Positions 1 to 13,347 of a DNA stretch of 64,000 nucleotides are shown here, in pieces (position 1 is the first letter of the stretch; each line of letters starts with the position of its first letter). The translations under genes and the position numbers were made by a program. The stretch is from Octopus vulgaris. Taxonomy: Eukaryota. The stretch covers positions 49,538,001-49,602,000 of the forward strand of contig OX597836.1 in NCBI GenBank assembly GCA_951406725.2, written 5' to 3'. The notes under the pieces are model-generated. The model searched no databases. It was not told the DNA's origin and worked only from the letters and a program-made list of their open reading frames with translations.

Positions 1-137
1 TTATTCATTAATTTTTTAAATATCTATTTTACCTGTGAATTTGCGTGTGTAATCTGGGAATGCATACAATGAGCTTCTCTGCCCTAGGTGTACGGAAAAC
101 ACTCGGCGAGAAACGGAAGAAAATTTGAAGAAAGAAG

Positions 138-224
<87 letters not shown>

Positions 225-261
225 CAACAAAATTGATGATGATGAGGAGGAGGAGGAGGAT

Positions 262-660
262 TTCCAATTATGGCACAAGGCCAGCAATTATGAGAGACGA
301 GGTAAATGGATTACTTCGATCCTAGTACTCAACTGGTACTTATTTTACCGACCCCGAAAGGATGAAGTGCAAAGTCGACCACAGCGGAATTTGAACTCAA
401 CGTAAAAACCGACAAAATGCCGTTAAGCATTTTGCTCGGCGTGCTTACGACTCTGCCACCTTATAATAATTTCAAATTTGGGCACATTCGGAGGAAAGGA
501 TAAGTCGAATACATCAATCCCAGTCATCAACTTATTTTATCGATTCTGAAAGAATAAGAAGCAAAGTCAACCTCGATGGAATTTGAATTCAGACTGTAAA
601 GACAGAAGAAATAACGCTTAGCATTTTATCCGGCGTGCTAACGCTACTGCCAGTTCACCA
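262..660 (-). mobile_element. Two adjacent copies of a tRNA-derived SINE family
   Basis: Two diverged copies (about 262-460 and 468-660) with a GAGTTCAAATTCC B-box-like motif on the minus strand and a shared body. Related copies at about 7830-8030, 9925-10110 and 42450-42660. Confidence 0.7.
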
Positions 661-669
661 CATCTTCAA

Positions 670-1380
670 AAGAAATATTTGATAAGGTAGCCTCCTACTA
701 TAACAATGCCTTAACTTACAATGACTTCAAAGATGAGATATATTACAACCCTTCAATTAAAGATATGAAACCTAAAAATAGACTTAGGAAAATAACATGG
801 CTCGACCCACCCATCTGCCTAAATGTTAAAACTAAAATAGACAAGAAATTCCTGACTCTTTTAGATAAGCATTTCCTAGAAAGTCACAAATACTGGAAGA
901 GTTTTAGTAGACGATCGATTAAAATATCAAACTGCTCCTGCCCCAACATGAAGAACATTATCACTCGTAACCATCAACAACTTCACACTCCCAGTTGTAA
1001 ATGTCGAAACCCTGAAACTTGCCCACTTGATCGGGCGTTTATGATAAACTCCGTCGTATATGAGGCAGAAGTCACGATAACGTTTCACGATAACCTCACC
1101 GAAAAGAATTTGATATCAGGTGATGCGAAGGCGATTTCAAACAATGTTGTACAAACCACCCACCTCCTTTCCTACACATTGACAAAAGTAAAACCTCTAA
1201 GTTGACTAGCCACGTATGGGGTTTGCAGACCAACTTCACACCACATGCAATCAAGCGGAAAATCACACAGATTTTACATGCCACATGTAAATGGATCTAA
1301 GAAATGCATTTTATCCGTTGCTGAAAGATCGCACATTCTTTTTAGATCCAAGAATTCCACCACGCTTCTTACTTCCAGAT
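670..1380 (+). mobile_element. Penelope-like element fragment (C-terminal linker and GIY-YIG region), degenerate
   Basis: ORF 765-1205 has RKITWLDPP...NVKTKIDKKFLTLLDKHF...KSFSRRSIKISNC...CKCRNPETCPL...SVVYEAEV, resembling the post-RT and Cys-rich/GIY-YIG region of PLEs. Frameshifted. Confidence 0.65.
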
Positions 1381-1925
1381 CTTCATAAAAAAAAAAACTC
1401 TTCAGTGATTTACTTTCCCCTGTTGATCCCTCTGTTGCCCACATTTGGGGTCAACAATGAATCTTTGGTGCCCTTGGTACACAACTGCCATCGACCCTCC
1501 CATATAGTGTTATCTCCCTTTAGTAACTACCTCTCTTGCCAGGCTTGCGGTGTTACGACATATAGAAGTTCCGAAAAAATTCAAGGATATTCAGGTATGT
1601 TGCCCGAGTTACGATACATATCGGGGATGATGGAGATGAGAGTGAGTGTGTTGGGGGGGGGGAGAAAGAGAAACAGTCAAACAAACGCACAGTGTGAGTA
1701 TATGAATGTGTGTACGTATATATATATATACACATATATAATGTATGTATACAAACATGCGCGCACACACACACGCATATGTTTATATGCATGTATAAGT
1801 ACGCATGTGTATATGTAAGTTTGTGTGTGAGTATGCGTGGGTGTGTCTGTGCGTATGCATGTATGTATGTATGTATGTACGTATGTACGTATGTATGTGT
1901 GTATGTATGTATGTATTTTCTCTTT

Positions 1926-2325
1926 ATTTTTTTTTCTCTTTTACTTGTTTCAGTCATTTGACTGTGGCCATGCTGGAGCACCGCCTTTAGTCGAGCAAAT
2001 CGACCCCAGGACTTATACTTTGTAAACCTAGTACTTATTTTATCGGTCTCTTTTGCCGAACCGCTAAGTTACGGGGACATAAACACACCAGCATCGGTTG
2101 TCAAGCAATGGTAGGGGGACAAACACAGACACACACACACTCATATATATATACATATATATGACGAGCTTCTTTCAGTTTCCGTCTACCAAATCCACTC
2201 ACAAGGCTTTGGTCGGCCTGAGGCTATAGTAGAAGACACTTTCCCAAGGCGCCACGCAGTGGGACTGAACCCGGAACCATGTGGTTGGTATGCAAGCTAT
2301 TTACCACACAGCCACTCCTGCGCCT
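1926..2325 (-). mobile_element. tRNA-derived SINE (most abundant family in the window)
   Basis: Minus strand GTGGCTGTGTGGTAA (A box) and GGTTCAGTCCC (B box-like), body GCCTTGTGAGTGGATTTGGTAGACGGAAACTGAAAGAAGC, tail CTGAAACAAGTAAAAG. Other copies at about 2890-3045, 5295-5570, 34120-34500, 35320-35700 and 57340-57715. Confidence 0.8.
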
Positions 2326-3553
2326 ATGTATGTATATATGTATATATGTATGTATGTATATATATATATGTATGTATATATGTATGTATGTTATGTATTT
2401 ACGCAAAGCAGAAGCCGCATCAATGTGATTTAAAAGATCAAACGAATCGAACTTTTTCTATATTTCGATCAAAGAGATCAGAGTCAGTGATGGAACGAAA
2501 GAAGGAATTTAAGTAATCTTTCGTTTTAGGATCAGAAAATGAAAGTGGAAAGATTGACACTCTTCGGTAAAGACCAGGCAAACATGCCGAATACACACAC
2601 CGACACCGTTTCTTTTGTTTGTTTGTTTTCTTCCCTTCCATCGAATTAATATGTTTTCAACAACGGAGATTTCGATTTCGCAATAAATAAATAAAACAAA
2701 AACTACTGCTCCTAGTTTTTTGTTCCTCTCTTCTTCCTTCCCAGATTTTGCTTTTAAGAATTTTCCGATTTTTTTAAATTCTTTGTTTCAGCGGCGATGA
2801 TTGCAATTCTGAAAAAAAATTTTTAATTTCCAAAATTCTTTTAATGCCAATTCCTTACGATAAAGTTTCACTTTCATTTTATGGTCATCGGCGTGGCTGT
2901 GTGGTAAGAAGCTTGCTTCCCAGCCACACGGTTCCAGGTTCAGTCCCACTGCATGGCACCTTGAGCAAGTGTCTTTTACTATAGCATCGGCCCGACAAAA
3001 GCTTTGTGAGTGGATTTGGTGGACGGAAACTGAAAGAAGCCCTTCGTGCGTGCGTGTGTGAGTGTGAGGGCGAGTGGCCTAATGGTTAGGGAGTTACTGA
3101 AGAAGCTATAAGGTGTCGCTTGACTACCAAGCTCTGAGTGCACCGCTTCTAAAGCAGAAACAACTGTAAACCAATTCAAGTAACTACGTAACTTCTCTTT
3201 TTGAGTCGTTTATTAATTGACATTAGACCCTGTGTATTCTAAAGCAGAAGGCTGCTGGTTTAACATCGCGTTTCAGAACCCATCTTTATACAGTTGTCCC
3301 AAATGACACAAAGATCATTCCAGTAGACACGCTCACATGCCACATTTGTAGTAAGACATGTATAACCGGCGCTAGTCTAAAGGGGCCGTTAACTATCCAC
3401 AAATCAGGCTGGACAAACAACATTGCGCCACTTAAAGTGGGACATATTTCCACCGTTCATAAGGCAAATTTCAAACAGCTCTCGGGACTCAAACGCCACT
3501 TACGTGTTCATGTACGCAAAGAGCACATCTAACAAGAAGAGAAGCAAACTAGA

Positions 3554-3614
<61 letters not shown>

Positions 3615-3829
3615 CCCTCACTCTCTCTCTTTAACAATCTATCTATCTATTTATCTATATATATATATATATATGACATACAAAAGTATGCTTTAAACTG
3701 TGCATAGATTATCTAACAGAGAACTCGATGCGTTCGGTAAAAGGATGGAGGGAAAAGCTGTTACTTATATTAAATTTGAACGATGTGTTTTTCAGTTCCA
3801 CGCATACAAACACACGCATACATACATAT

Positions 3830-3874
<45 letters not shown>

Positions 3875-4223
3875 ACACGCACAGCCACACACACAGACAT
3901 GCATACACACACACACACACACCATTGTTGCCAGCAAGAGAGAGAAAGGCCATTCGACGAGTGATAAAAAGGCGGAAGTAAAGAAGAATAGAAAGCGGAA
4001 AACACATTCCTTTGAACAATCCTTTAAGTTTTCAGGCTGTATGTAGATGGCGCTGTCTTTGTTGTGCGTCTACGTGTGTGCGTGTTAGTGTATGTGTATG
4101 TGTGTGTATGCACATGATTCAATGTGTGTGTGTATGTATGCGGATAAGCATATATATATATGTGTGTGTGTGTGTATGCATATGATTCAATGTGTGTCTG
4201 TGTATGTATGTATGCGGATAAGC

Positions 4224-4268
<45 letters not shown>

Positions 4269-4581
4269 TATATATATGTATATACATAAATGCATGCGTA
4301 TATATGTATGTATGCATCTGTGTATGTATGCATGTATGTATTTATGTGGGTGCACATATATATATATGAGTCTGCGTGAATCTGTTTTCACCTCTCTCTC
4401 TGTACACGTATATGGGTATGTGTGCGTGTGTGTGTGTGTGTGCGTGTATGTATGGAGAGAGCTTATGTCCCTCTGGTCAACGAATCTGACGAATCGCCTG
4501 TGCATCTAAGTGCTTTAGAGGAGCAAAACCAGTGGTCACTCTCACTGACCATAAGAAACGGCCTTCTAAATATATATATGC

Positions 4582-4630
<49 letters not shown>

Positions 4631-4680
4631 CACACACATATGCCTTTGTGTGTGTATGTATATATATATATGTATATATA

Positions 4681-4895
4681 TCTCTATATAAATAAAACTG
4701 AGAATGTGTGTCTGTCTGTCTGTGTGTTTCCCTAAAACTTGAGAACTACACAACCAATTTCATTCAAATTTTACACATGCCTTACGTAGGGTCCGGGGAG
4801 TGTTTAACTTCTTGCCTAGAGCGAGCCCACAGCAATATCATATCTCCACTATTTCAGTATTATGTGTTAAAAGTGAAACAAAAACATCTCTCTAT
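4681..4895 (+). mobile_element. Non-autonomous Helitron-like element, 5' fragment
   Basis: Starts TCTCTATATAAATAAAACTGAGAATGTGTGTCTGTCTGT, close to the copy at about 62990-63210. The TC start followed by (CTGT)n is typical of Helitron/Helentron non-autonomous families. Confidence 0.55.
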
Positions 4896-4907
4896 TGTGA
4901 GTATATG

Positions 4908-5021
<114 letters not shown>

Positions 5022-5035
5022 TGTATATATATATG

Positions 5036-5097
<62 letters not shown>

Positions 5098-5899
5098 TAT
5101 ATATACATGTATATATATAGCTGTATATGTATACATGTATGTGTATAGATGTATTTCTATAGATATACATGTATGTGTAAACATGTATGTCTAAATGTAT
5201 ATATATATATAGATGTACATGTAATATGTACACATATATACATGCATACATATATACACCCATACACACATACACACACACACACATACATAGGTGCAGG
5301 TGTGGCTGTGTGGTAACAAACTCGGTTCCAAAACACATGGTCCTCGGCATGTGTCTTCTGCCTCAGACCAACCAAAGCCTTGTCAGTGGATTTTGTAGAC
5401 AGAAACTGAAAGAAATCAAGTGTATGTATATATGTAAGTCTATGTGTGTGTCTTTGTGCTTTTCCCTCATCACTGTTTCACAACTGGTGTTCGTTTATTT
5501 ACATCCCCATAACTTACTGGTTTCACAAGAAGAAACTGATAGAATAAGTACCAGGCTTATCAAAATATAAAAAAAGCACTATGCAGTGTCTCATATTTTT
5601 GTTTGCCCACTCAGTTGTATCTATCAATTTATCTTTGTGTAATGATGAGCTCCAGCTGATGCCAGTGGTGAGATCTTGGATGTCTCCAAGATGCCATATG
5701 GGATGTCTTGTTGGCGAAGAATGTGTTAGTGATGCACAGGTTATGGTATGTGCAAAATTCAAGTAGTCTCTGACCATTGTCATTCATGTTGCAAATACTA
5801 AAACACATACACTTACATATATACTTAAAGATATATATACAATTGATTTATTTCAGTTCCTGAAAAGATGGCATCTGTTTGAAGATGTTCTTTACCTAC

Positions 5900-6900
5900 A
5901 GAGACAAACATTGCAGACACATGGTGTATTCGTGCTTTGGGGGGAGGGGACGATGACAGTTTCCTTGATAAACGTACAACATGCAATTTGTCAGGGAAAC
6001 GGAAGTGTCAGAAAGTTGGCAAAATTGCACCCAAAAGATGAGACGTCAGCAAACTGAAAGATCCTGGAATGCAACACACACTTTAGAATGGATACGAGCA
6101 ACGAATTAAAAATGTTGCCCGACAGTGCTGCCATCTAGTCGATGCCTGTTGAAAGTAATTGCATGAAATAATCCCACAAAGAAGCTACTGTCTTTCAGCA
6201 TGAGGATTTCTTTTTCCTGAAAAGACACAATCCATTTTGCCTGAGAAAATGTTTAAAGAAAACCTCTCAAGACACGACAAACTACAGTCGACTCCTGGAA
6301 GCAAATACCTTGCTATGTGAAGAACTTCAGTTGTTGGGAGATCTACGGAGAGACAAGAAGGTGGAAGACATTCAGGCTTTTGCTGAGTCTCACGATTTGA
6401 AGACTTTCTGGAATGGCTGGAGAGAGGTCCACCGAAAGAAACCTCACCCCGAGGAAAGCGATATTATGAAACACTTTCAGGAACAGTTTTGATGGATTAC
6501 TAAACCGGTCCTCAACAATTACTTGCAAGGTTTTAAAATGTATCTCACAACTTCCAGAAGATACTGGCTTGGATTTGCCGCCGAATATGAAGGAGATAAA
6601 AACCGAAGAAAGCTCCTGGTGTTAAAAATATTCCAATGGTTGCCATAAGTATGGCGACAGATTGAGCTATAGACTTGTCCCAGTCATAGAATTTTGACAA
6701 TGCAGTAACTTCTTGAAATGGTTTGAGGTTTCACAGACAGTCATCATTTACGAGTGAAAGGATGACCAAACTGTGGAAATCATCAGCGTTTTCCTTCCCT
6801 CGGTCTCTGGAATATTCCAGCAAAAATATCCGCACAGATTCTTCATGAAGGTCAGTGTGGATTCCATTTGCCTAGAACCACCAATGATGATTTAAGAGTT
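5900..6900 (+). mobile_element. Highly degenerate LINE fragment (RTE-like)
   Basis: Broken peptides (IQAFAESHDLKTFW, HFQEQF, KAPG-like, QCGF-like) parallel the region upstream of RT in the RTE element at 30000-30900. Confidence 0.4.
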
Positions 6901-7493
6901 CCAACGATTTCTTGGGTATCCTTGGCACCCTGGAAATGTTATCGTTGGTATGCCTTGCCGATGTCCAACGGTCACTGGACGCACCAATGGCAGGATTTCC
7001 ACCTTGTCACAATTTCAGGGAAAAGTTATTAAACGGTGGGTGTTACTTTCCGACCGTTTAGAAAGGGAAGGTTTGTGGCCCCTACTCAAAAGACACGGCT
7101 GTCTGCAGAAATACAGAGAGATAGTTTCGCAAGAATATGTCGTGTCCGGACTGTTATGAAGTTAGTTAAAAAGATATTCCTGAAGATAAAGACGATAGAG
7201 TAATATGGGGGCGTGGTGCACAGTTAGCCATATCAGGAAACAATATTGGTGGAATGTTTGCGTGGAAACGTATTTAAAATGTCAGATCAGACAAAGATCC
7301 GGGAGGAAGAAACGAAACTATTCTCTGTGATGGAGATCGGTCGATCATAAAAGAAATCTAAAGATACCCAGGGTGTGAAGACGGCCACTAAACATAACCG
7401 AGCAGAAACGATGATCTGATTATTTGGGTCTGGGAAGGGAAAATGTACGCAGTTTGAGAAATAGATATTGTTCAACAGACCTTAACATCTCTC

Positions 7494-7581
<88 letters not shown>

Positions 7582-8124
7582 TCTCAAGTCAAGTACCATT
7601 TGGTAGCAGAAAAAGATTTTTTTGTTTCTTTTCAAATTTAATAAAGAAACTTCCTTGATTATGCTCTGCTTTTCCCGGGCATCAAACACCAATGACTCCT
7701 GATACTATAGAAGGACCAGGACAACGTTGTTGGCAGATCCGACATATGGAATTTGGCTCGAATATTTTCTCTCTCTCCTTCCTATTATTTCGTCCAATTC
7801 CACTAAATAACACACATTTCTTTCTAAATAGCCATTGTTTTAGTGCGCCGGACAAAATGCTTAGCGGTAATTCGTCCGTCTTTACGTTCTGAGTTCAAAT
7901 TCTACTGAGGTCGCCTTTGCTTTTTACCCTTTCGGGATCGACAAAATAGTACCAAATGAGCACTAGAGTCGGTGTTATTGACTTATTGCTCTCCTGCAAT
8001 CGCTGCCCTTGTGTCAAAATTTGAAACCTATATAAACCATTACTTGCGCTTAGTCCTTGTCGTTCTCCAGAGAGACACACAGACATAGTTTGCCTGAAAT
8101 TATGTCCAACGAGTTGGTGACAAC

Positions 8125-9562
8125 ATTATTTACTGTATTTATATTTGACGGATATTTGTCCTCATCTTGTTTGTTGCTAACACAACGTTTCGGCTGATAT
8201 ACGAGGGGCGTTCAATAAGTAATGCCCCTGATCCACTTGAAGTTGAAATTTTGCATGTGCAGTTACTTATATCTCTATAGATTAAGTGGCAAATTACAGC
8301 TCTAAACTAATTGTGGTTTCTGATTTACAGGTATTTGAACTGAGTCAAGTGTGAAATGGAGCCTGTTGAGTGTCGAGCAGTGATTCGGTTTTTGTATTTG
8401 AAAGGACGCACACCACGGGAGACTTTTGATGAAATGAAAGTAACTTATTGTGATAATGCCCCATCATATGACCTTGTAAAACGCTGGCATCGTGAATTCA
8501 AACATGGTTGGAACTCTGTGGAAACAGCTCCCCCAGATCTGGTCGCCCCCTTCTGCCATTGATGAGGCATCTGTCCGTCAAGTTGAGGCTGCCATTTTGG
8601 AAGATCGACGCATAACTATTCGCCAAATAGCCCATGAGGTCAAGATTAGTACCGGGTCTGTGGAAACTATCATTCATGACCATTTGCATATGCAAAAGGT
8701 GTCTGCCAGATGGATTCCCAGGTTGCTCACATCTTTCCAGAAGCAAGAACGCGTTGATTGCTCGAGGATGAATTTGGAGATGTGCCAAGAAGATGAGTCA
8801 AAATTTTTCAAAAGACTGATTACACAGGATGAAACCTGGGTCTATCACTATGATCCATAGACCAAAGCCCAGTCAATGCAGTGGAAGCACCGTGACTCCC
8901 CTCCTCCAAAGGCAAGGGTGCAGCCCTCCGCTGGCAAGGTCATGCTCACAGTCTTCTGGGACCAGGACGGAGTAGTGATGACAGATTTCCTGGCAAATGG
9001 TGCCACAATTACAGGAGCTTATTATGCTTCACTTTTGAGGAAATTAAGAGAAGCTATCAAAATCAAGAGGCGGGGCAAGATCAGCAAAGGCATCCTCCTC
9101 CTGCAGGACAACGCTCTGGTACACAACTCGCGTGTCGCCAGATCAGAAGCACAGGCGTATGGCTATGAACTCCTCCCCCATCCCCCTACTCTTCTGACCT
9201 TGCACCTTCTGATTTTCACCTCTTCCCAGCCATGAAGTTGTTTTTGAAAGGAAAGCGTTTCCCAGATGATGCAGCCTTGATTTCTGAAGTCACGTCGTGG
9301 CTGGAGGACCAAGCTGGTGTCTTCTACAGAAACGGTCTTCAGAGCTGCATCAACCGATGGGAGAAATGCGTAACTCTGGGTGGTTCCTATGTAGAAAAAG
9401 ACTAATAACTGTGCCAAGTTTCGTTGCTCAACTGCTATGGGAAGTGGGTCAGGGGCATTACTTATTGAACGCCCCTCGTACCCTCCAGCCTTCATCAGGT
9501 GTCTCGGGGGAAATTTTGAACCTGGGTTCTCATTCCTAAGGTATTTTTCGATGTTGTTGTTG

Positions 9563-9637
<75 letters not shown>

Positions 9638-9680
9638 TCACTTCCTGGAATCGAACTCGGAATCTTGGGGTTAGTAGAGA
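8125..9680 (-). mobile_element. tRNA-headed SINE-like element with internal (AAT)n and a hammerhead-containing tail, split by the mariner
   Basis: Minus strand GAGTTCGATTCC B box near 9650, (AAT)n tract at 9550-9635, and sequence that joins cleanly across the mariner TA site (8200/9480). Confidence 0.65.
8202..9478 (+). mobile_element. Full-length mariner transposon (1277 bp) with frameshifted transposase
   Basis: 37-bp TIRs (8202-8238 and 9442-9478, 1 mismatch) and TA duplication (8200-8201, 9479-9480). Transposase motifs WIPRLLT, ITQDETWVYHYDP, MLTVFWD, LLQDNA, and PSDFHLFP in a shifted frame. Frameshifts and a stop are present. Confidence 0.95.
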
Positions 9681-9752
9681 CTGGCGAAATGCTGCTAAGC
9701 ATTTTGCCCGATGCGCTACCGATTCTGCCCGCTAGCCGCCTTTAATAATCAC

Positions 9753-9820
<68 letters not shown>

Positions 9821-11137
9821 TAATAGTGAACAGCTGACACTGTAGTAAATCGCCGTTAGAAGCTGTGCAAAGGCAATGATAATAATAATAAAAATAATAA
9901 TAATTATTATTATTATTATTATTTCTACTTTTAGTACAAGGGGCTAGTCGGTCACATCGACCTCAGTGCGTAACTGGTACTTATTTCATTGACCCCGAAA
10001 GGATGAAAGGCAACGTCGACGCCGGTGGAATTTGAACTCAGAATGTAAAGACAGACAAATACCGCTAAGCATTTTGTCCGGCGTGCAAACGATTCTACCA
10101 GCTCGCCGTCTTTAATAATCACAATTGATTGTATGTTCCGTATCATTTTCATGCCGTCATTTCTGATGACACGGGTATACTAGTAATGGTGATGATGATG
10201 ATGACGACGATGATGATGATGATGATGACGATGATGAAGAATAGTGATGATGGTGAGAAGGAGGGAGAGGAAGATGAGAGGAGGAGAGGAAGGGGAGGAG
10301 AGGAGGAAGAGGAGGTGGAGAGGAGGATATGGTAGTGGTAGAGGGAGAGAGGGGGAGAGGGGAAGGAGGGGAGGGGAAGGAGACGACGACGACGAGACGG
10401 AAGAAGAAGAAGAAGAACAACAACAACAACATGGGAATATCACGGCTGCAACGCCTTTGATGTCCTGTCTGTTAAAACTGACCAGGGGCTGAACAGCAAC
10501 AACTGCAGCAACACCGAGCTCCATGGTGGAATTAGAAAATGGAAGAAAACTGATAAAAAGATAAAACGATCAAATCAAAGAGAAACGCTTACCATAATTA
10601 TCCTGTCTTCGAAGAATCGTCTGGAATTAGGCTGTCTTCTCGCCGCTCCTCATTTGCCCACCCATTTTTCTTTCTCTGCTTTCTTTTTTTATGATTGTGT
10701 GCCATGATTTAGGTGAGTTTTGTGCTTTTTTGATGTTGGCTGTTATGTCTAGCAGACAGTGTGACCATATGAAGATTCCAAAAAGCAAGATATTATGCAA
10801 GGGAGACAACTCATACATACATATATATTTTTTCATTGTTTAAGAAAAATGTCCATTCCCTTAGTTTTGTGTTTATGTTTTCGTTTCTCATTGTGTTCAA
10901 CGTTTTTTTTGTTGTCCTGTACCCATATATGCGTGTATATATACATGTAGAGGTAGGTACGTACATATATGCATGTATATATGCATATGTTTTATTTATT
11001 TACTTTATTTATTTATTAATTTTTAATATATATATTCTTATATACATACACTCACACACAAGTATATATATATAAATATATATGTATGTGTGTATATATA
11101 TATGTGTATATATATATATGTGTATGTATAAATATAT

Positions 11138-11521
11138 GGATCTTTTCGGTTTGAACGGCAGTTTTTTCAAATAATTTCCACGTAACTAAACACTTTTAAA
11201 CTTCGTATACTGGTAGAATGTGTTTATAAAACATCTTTTTCTCTTGACTTTATTGAGAAAATTCTACAGTTTGTAAGATATTTGTTGTTTTTTTCTTTAA
11301 TTTCTGCAATTTCAACCAATCAATGACGTCCATTGAGGTAAAAAAAACATTCTGCGTCGTATGAATATGCCCCTCGTTTAAGAAACAGATTGGGCTTATT
11401 TACTCCTAACCCTAAACTTAAAACAGATTGAAATGCAATAGATCGATACTAGGGTCATAATTATGGGTGACAATTTCATATGACACCGCTAGAAAAACTG
11501 CCGTTCAAACCGAAAAAATCC
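11138..11521. mobile_element. MITE with about 30-bp TIRs and an apparent 8-bp TSD (Merlin-like GG...CC ends)
   Basis: GGATCTTTTCGGTTTGAACGGCAGTTTTT pairs with AAAAACTGCCGTTCAAACCGAAAAAATCC. AAATATAT lies on both sides (11130-11137, 11522-11529). Superfamily is tentative. Confidence 0.7.
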
Positions 11522-11580
11522 AAATATATATGTGTGTGTGTGTGTGTGTATTTGTGTGTGTGTGTGTGTGCGTGTGTGTG

Positions 11581-11614
<34 letters not shown>

Positions 11615-11633
11615 AAATATATATATATATGTA

Positions 11634-11687
<54 letters not shown>

Positions 11688-12176
11688 TATAATTTTTCTG
11701 GGGTTTTTTCTCCTTTGTTGCTGCTGAATTTCTTCTCCCTTGCTATAGAAACAAGCATGCACATGAATGTGTGTGTGTGTAAGTATATATGTATATAAGT
11801 GTATATTTGTGTGTGTGTATTCATATATATATATATATGAGTCAAACAAGAGAGACCCATCGACCCCTCAGAGTAGCAACAGCTGCAAGAGAGTAGCATT
11901 CTTCACTCATTCGTGTATGTATTTTTTATTGACTTATACATTTGATTGTAATTAATTCAGAAATAAATCCAAATGAATATTTATTGGTTAATTATCTTCT
12001 CTAGTTTCTTATTTGCTTTATAAATCCTGGGTAAATATTTCCTTTACCCCCCCCCCCCTCATAGCTATTATCCAGTTGTGCTATTGCCTTGCAACAATAA
12101 ATACATAGGTATACCCCCAGTAGTATATTGCATATCTATTATCCCTTAGATGATTGTTTAACCTCTAACTCATACA

Positions 12177-12211
<35 letters not shown>

Positions 12212-12396
12212 TAAGCAATAAAGGGTTTAGCAACGAATTGCCTTACCACATACCGAATTTAGAAATAGCAGTCAAAGAGTTATAGCTATTTCTTCTACTA
12301 AAAAGGGAGATCTCAGTAAAAACAGCAATTGGAAGGCAGACACAAACAGGTAAGAGAGAATGAATTGACTGCAATCTATCATACAATTTTAAGTTA

Positions 12397-12497
12397 TCTA
12401 CGGACGTACGTTTCGAAATCAAGTTTTTAGGAAAGCATAAGAATTAAATATTAAATAATTCTATCTTACCAAAAACTTCTTTTCTCTTCAGCGTAGA
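12397..12497 (-). ncRNA. Type I hammerhead ribozyme (inverted copy)
   Basis: Reverse complement of 12968-13069 with a 1-nt indel in the stem II loop region. Confidence 0.75.
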
Positions 12498-12967
12498 ATA
12501 CTATAATCATAAATGATTATATATTGAATTTTGAGATACTAGAAGGCACCAACTCAACTCAGTATCAGAGCGAGCTAGAATCCGCAACTAGTATCACCAA
12601 ATTCAATGCGTGAATGAAAATGTGGTAAGGCAATTCGTTGCTAAACCCTTTATTGCTTAGTATTACTTAAATTTTCCTCGAATGAGGCTTTTACATGCCG
12701 AAGACTACTTGGTGTAATTGATAATTATTCCAAATTAATTAATTTCACCCTTCATTATTACGGATAACCATATTTTATCTCAGTAGATGACCACAGCATC
12801 TTGTTTTGGCTACACGCGGGTGGGAGGGGGCTGGTGACACAATCTTTTCATTCACGCATTGAATTTGGTGATACTAGTTGCGGATTCTAGCTCGCTCTGA
12901 TACTGAGTTGAGTTGGTGCCTTCTAGTATCTCAAAATTCAATATATAATCATTTATGATTATAGTAT

Positions 12968-13069
12968 TCTACGCTGAAGAGAAAAGAAGTTTTTGGTAAG
13001 ATAGAATTATTTAATTATTTAATTCTTATGCTTTCCTAAAAACTTGATTTCGAAACGTACGTCCGTAGA
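12968..13069 (+). ncRNA. Type I hammerhead ribozyme
   Basis: Stem I TCTACG/CGTAGA, core CTGAAGA (12974-12980), long interrupted stem II, GAAA (13052-13055), palindromic stem III ACGTACGT and GTC triplet (13061-13063). Confidence 0.8.
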
Positions 13070-13347
13070 TAACTTAAAATTGTATGATAGATTGCAGTCA
13101 ATTCATTCTCTCTTACCTGTTTGTGTCTGCCTTCCAATTGCTGTTTTTACTGAGATCTCCTTTTTAGTAGAAGAAATAGCTATAACTCTTTGACTGCTAT
13201 TTCTAAATTCGGTATGTGGTAAGGCAATTCGTTGCTAAACCCTTTATTGCTTAGTATTACTTAAATTTTCCTCGAATGAGGCTTTTACATGCCGAAGACT
13301 ACTTGGTGTAATTGATAATTATTCCAAATTAATTAATTTCACCCTTC

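Noticed and set aside
8356-9405. Domesticated SETMAR-like gene
   Set aside because: Intact TIRs, a TA duplication and disabling mutations show it is an ordinary mariner copy, and no SET domain exons were seen.
12676-12710. Second hammerhead-like motif CGAATGA-GGC-ttttacat-GCC-GAAG (repeated near 13270-13300)
   Set aside because: The core deviates from CTGANGA and GAAA, and stems I and III are not convincing.
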